Of a stretch of 64,000 nucleotides of DNA, positions 59,701 through 64,000 are shown one piece after another (position 1 is the stretch's first letter; each line of letters opens with the position of its first letter). Origin of the DNA: Torpedo marmorata (taxonomy: Eukaryota); assembly GCA_977017645.1 (NCBI GenBank), contig OZ360250.1, positions 36,146,001 through 36,210,000 of the forward strand, written 5' to 3'. The notes beneath the pieces were generated by a model. That model was given only the letters and a program-made list of their open reading frames with translations. It made no database searches and was not told the DNA's origin. A program made the position numbers and the translations under genes.

Positions 59701-60944
59701 GTCTGACGAATCTTATAGAATTTTTTGAGGATGTTAGATAAGGGAGAACCAGTGGATGTGGTATATTTGGATTTTCAAAAGCTTTTGATAAGGTCCCCCA
59801 CAGGAGATTAGTGTGCAAACTTAAAGCACACGGTATTGGGGGTATGGTATTGATGTGGATAGAGAATTTCTTGGCAGACAGGAGGCAGAGAGTGGGAATA
59901 AACAGGTCCTTTTCAGAATGGCGGGTACCGCAAGGCTCGGTGCTGGGACCCCAGTTATTTACAATATATATTAATGATTTAGACGAGGGGATTGAATGCA
60001 ACATATCCAGGTTTGCGGATGACACGAAGCTGGGCGGCAGTATTAGCTGTGAGGAGGATGCTAAGAGGATGCAGGGGGACTTGGATAGGTTGGGTGAGTG
60101 GGCAAATGCATGGCAGATGCAGTATAATGTGGATAAATGTGAGGTTATCCACTTTGGTGGCAAGAACAGGAAAGCAGATTATTATCTGAATGGTGGCCGA
60201 TTATGAAAAGGAGAGGTGCAACGAGACCTGGGTGTCATTGTACACTAGTCTTTGAAAGTGGGCATGCAGGTACAGCAGGCAGTGAAAAAGACGAATGGTA
60301 TGTTGACATATATAGCAAGGGGATTCGAGTACAGGAGCAGGGAGGTTCTGCTGCAGTTGTACAGGGCCTTGGTGAGACCACACCTGGAGTATTGTGTACA
60401 GTTTTGGTCTCCTAATCTGAGGAAAGACGTTCTTGCCATAGAGGGTGTGCAGAGAAGATTCACCAGATTGATTCCTGGGATGGCACGACTTTCATATGAA
60501 GAAAGACGTGGCCGACTAGGCTTATACTCGCTGGAATTTCGAAGATTGAGGGGGGATCTTATTGAAACATATAAAATTCTTAAGGGATTGGATAGGCTAG
60601 ATGCAGGAAGATTGTTCCCGATGTTGGGAAAGTCTAGAACCAGGGGTAACAGTTTAAGGATAAGGGGGAAATCTTTTAGGACTGAGATGAGGAAAAATTT
60701 CTTCACACAGAGAGTGGTGAATCTGTGGAATTCTCTGCCACAGGAAACAGTAGAGGCCAGTTCATTGGCTATATTTAAGAGGGAGTTAGATGTGGTCCTT
60801 GTGGCTTAGGGGATCAGGGGTTATGGTGAGAAAGCAGGTACAGGGTATTGAGTTGGATGATCAGCCATGATCATACTGAATGGTGGTGCAGGCTCGAAGG
60901 GCCGAATGGCCTACTCCTGCACCTATTTTCTATGTTTCTATGTT
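56800..60944 (+). mobile_element. Full-length CR1 LINE (5' UTR, ORF1 zinc finger/SGNH esterase, ORF2 APE-RT with frameshifts, 3' UTR, (TATGTTTC)n tail)
   Basis: ORF1 56978-57910 (CASC...CRKC, IGDSIVR, IGTND, DGLHL); ORF2 CLNARSIRNK, ITETWL, GDFN, SDHN, RFADDTK in ORFs 57790..60809. Confidence 0.93.
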
Positions 60945-62372
60945 TTAAGTACAGGAAGGTGATCGAGAATCTGGTGGCATGGTATCAGGAATCAGAATTT
61001 ATTGTCATGAACAAGTCATGAAGTTCGGTGTTTTGCGGCAGCAACATAGTGCAAACATTCATATTATAACCATCTTACGACATTACTATAAAAAATATAT
61101 ATATAAATAATAGTGCACGAGAAGTAAGGCAGTGTCTTTGGTTCATTGATTATTCAGGAATCTGATGGCAGCGGGGAAGAAGCTGTCCTTGTGCCGTTGA
61201 GTGCTCGTCTTTAGGCTCCTGTACCTTTTTCCCGATGGTAGCAGAGTGAAGAGGGCATGGCCTGGGTGGTGGGGGTTTTTGAGGATAGAGGCTGCTTTTT
61301 TAAGACCGCCTCATGTAGATGTCCTCGATGGAGTGAAGTCTGGTGCCTGTGATGTCACAGGCTGAGTTAACAACCCTCTGGAGTTTATTCTTGTCCTGAG
61401 AGTTGGTGCCTCCATACCAGGCAGTGATGCAACCAGCCAGAATGTTCTCCACGGTACACCTGTAGAAGTTTACGAGAGTCTTCGGTGACATACCGAATCT
61501 CCTCAGACACCTCACAAAGTATAGCCGCTGGCGAGCCTTCTTTGTGATTGCATCAATGTGGAGGCTCCAGGACAGATCCTCGGAGATGTTGACACCCAGG
61601 AATTTGAAGTTCTTGACCCTCTCCGACAATCTCTCCCTCAACGTCAACAAAGAGGACATCAACTTCAGGAAGTGGGGTGAAGCACACACCCTTCTCTGTA
61701 TCAACAATGTTAAGGGGGAGATGGTGGAGAGTTCCAAGTTTTTAGGAGCAAGTTTCACCAACAATCTGCCCTGGTCCAACCACATTGATGCTATGGTTGA
61801 GAAAGCACACCAAACCCTCTACTTCCCCAGAAGCCTGAGAAAATTAGACATATTCCCAGTGTCCCTTGCCGACCTTGAAAGACCCACCATAGAACTTATC
61901 CTGTCTGGATGCATCGCAGCCTGGTACATGAACTGCTCCGTCCAAGACCGCAAGAAACTGCAGAGAGTTGTGAACGCAGCTCAGGCTATCACTCAAACCA
62001 ACTTCCCCTCCATCGACTCTGCCTACTCCTCCCACTGCCACGGGAAAGCAGTTATAGGATCCATCCTACCCCGGTCACACTCTCTTCTCCCCCATGTCTC
62101 GCGGAAAGATACTTGAGTTTGAAAACACGAAGCTCTGCATTCAAGGACAGTTTCTTTCCTGCTGTTACCAGACTCCTGAATGGACTTCCCATCGGTAACA
62201 GATAACCCCATGCACCGTTTAACTACTTTTCTCTTTAACGCTATTCCCTGCACCTTTGTTTTTAATTCTTGCACTACCTGTTGTACACTGTGTAGGTTAA
62301 CTTGCCTGGATAGCAGGCAAAACAAAGTTTATCACTATATCGCGTGACACACGACAATGAACAATTCATTTC
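60945..62372 (+). mobile_element. Older Rex1/Babar 3' fragment, interrupted at ~60990-61625
   Basis: NLSLNVNK, KFLGASF, LSGCIAAWY, FKDSFFPAVTRLLNG. Confidence 0.78.
60990..61625 (-). mobile_element. Young Rex1/Babar 3' fragment, inverted copy of 25017-25644
   Basis: [20 protein letters not shown]...; tail aataaattctgattc. Confidence 0.9.
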
Positions 62373-62427
62373 AGAAGCACTGGATCTTGGCCTCATTGAA
62401 TGATCCCGTCATTTGGCTCTAAGTTAA

Positions 62428-62682
62428 GGGCGTCACGGTTAGTGTAGCGGTTAGCACAACGCTGTTACAGCGCCAGCGATCGGGACCGGGGTTCGAATCC
62501 CACGCTCTCTGTAAGGAGTTTGTACGTTTTCCCTGTGTTTGTGTGGGTTTCCTCCGGGTGCTCCGGTTTTCTACCACCCTTCAAAAACGTACCGGGGTGT
62601 GTTGGTCAATTGGGTGTAATTGGGCGGCAAGGGCTCGTGGACCGAAAGGGCCTGTTACTGTGCTGTATATGTCAAAATTTAA
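62428..62682 (+). mobile_element. HE1/V-SINE
   Basis: gggcgtcacggttagtgtagcggttag...ggttcgaatcc...gggtttcctccgggtgctccgg. Confidence 0.85.
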
Positions 62683-63985
62683 TAGCACATTGGGATAACC
62701 CTCTGTGGGAAAATCTCCACTGAGGTGCAAATGATTTCCAATCATGGAAACTTGTCGTGGCTCCAAACCCACGGTCGCTTTCTCTTGCTAATGAATACGT
62801 TGACAGAGTTGGCAAACTGTAACTTTTTATTTGTACAGAATACACAAAGAGATCAGCTTGAAAAATAAAGTGCTGTCGTAAGCCTTCATTATATAGCCCT
62901 CTGATGTAGCACAGTTCTTGACGCAACATGCGTCGCTGATAAATAAAGTATATCCAAACTCCCCTCCCTCGACTGAAACATGATTTTCGCATGGTTCCTG
63001 AAGGGAGTGTTATAGTGAGGGGCTCTGCAGTACAAAGGAAGCTGCTAAGATCTTAAGTTCAGAGAAGTGAAATGTGCTTTAAATCCAAACACCCCCAAAA
63101 AATGGTTAAGAATTCTAATTGAAGTGATGAGCATCAACTGATCAGACGCTCCTCAATTTGGAAATGTGAGACACAGTGAACAGCAACTCCTGTGGCTTCT
63201 CTTAAACCCAGTTTCTTCCCTCCTTTCTAATCTTTTTGTTTTTGATCAGAAACTCCATCCTGCAAGCTTTTCTTCCAAACTCATTTTTTTGTTTTGGTGC
63301 CTGCATTAATGTTTTACCAAACCGACAAGCCCGTTAGCAGTAACCTGAAATAATTTAATCAATAAAGGTCAGTTGATCTCCATTTAGCATTTACAGGGTT
63401 TCCATCATGTTGCTGATATTAATTTCACATGTTCCCCATTTTGCTATGACATAATGAACATAAAATATTTTTTTTTTATCAGAAATGTTAACATTCACCC
63501 ACCCTAAAAAGCCCAGAACCATGCCATTTCTTTTGAAGTCATAGACCTTGACATTTTTTCATTTCCCATGTTCACAAGTCAACACCTAAAGCCAGTAATG
63601 CAGTATACATAATACATAGACTTCAGGTTCTTTTAGACAGAGCTACAGGCCATCATTACTTAATACTGACACAATAAAAGCCAGGCTGTTGGCTTTTAGA
63701 ATTGTTAGCTTTTCTTTCAGAATAAAATTTGGATCTTTAAGTTTTTAACAAAACCACATTCTTCCAATTGGCTTTTTTTTAAAGCAACTCTCTGAAATTT
63801 GTTTCTTTCAAATGGAAATAAGTACACATTTTGTATTTTTAGAAAGCTTCAATGTAAATGAAGAGGCATATACATTTGAATATCAGGGATAATCTTTTGC
63901 TAATGATTGCAGAGATGATCAGATTCAGTTGAATCAATCAAAGCATGAAGGCATTCTTTTTGTTCTCTCCCCCCACCCCAAAGTA

Positions 63986-64000
63986 GGGCGGCACGGTTAG
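63986..64000 (+). mobile_element. Start of another HE1/V-SINE, cut by the window edge
   Basis: gggcggcacggttag matches the SINE head at 62428. Confidence 0.5.

Overview
Vertebrate nuclear DNA, most likely a cartilaginous fish (shark, ray or skate), judged from the repeat landscape: HE1/V-SINE-type SINEs, abundant CR1 and Rex1/Babar LINEs, and Penelope-like elements. The window appears to lie entirely inside KCNMA1 (BK/Slo1 Ca2+-activated K+ channel alpha subunit) on the minus strand. Four RCK2-region exons with canonical GT-AG sites and compatible phases are visible: 56595-56708, an 84-nt cassette exon at 29453-29536 (homolog of mammalian Slo27/Ca27), the calcium-bowl exon at 28772-28902, and 1118-1312. 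Two ~27-kb introns are packed with transposons, many nested and with readable target-site duplications (TSDs). These include a Gmr1-type (INT-before-RT) gypsy LTR element whose 3' LTR holds an L1 that holds a second, inverted L1, a Chapaev3-like transposon carrying a nearly intact Rex1 ORF2, Penelope-like elements with inverted arms carrying minimal hammerhead-ribozyme-like motifs, full-length CR1s with an esterase ORF1, a solo LTR and several MITE families. Nearly all long ORFs in the supplied track are transposon-derived or antisense shadows. I found no clearly new biological system. The best leads are the apparent exon-duplication origin of the Slo27-like exon, the Penelope hammerhead-like motifs, and the inverted repeats flanking the calcium-bowl exons. 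Family assignments come from recalled motifs, not database searches, and identity estimates are by eye unless a count is given.
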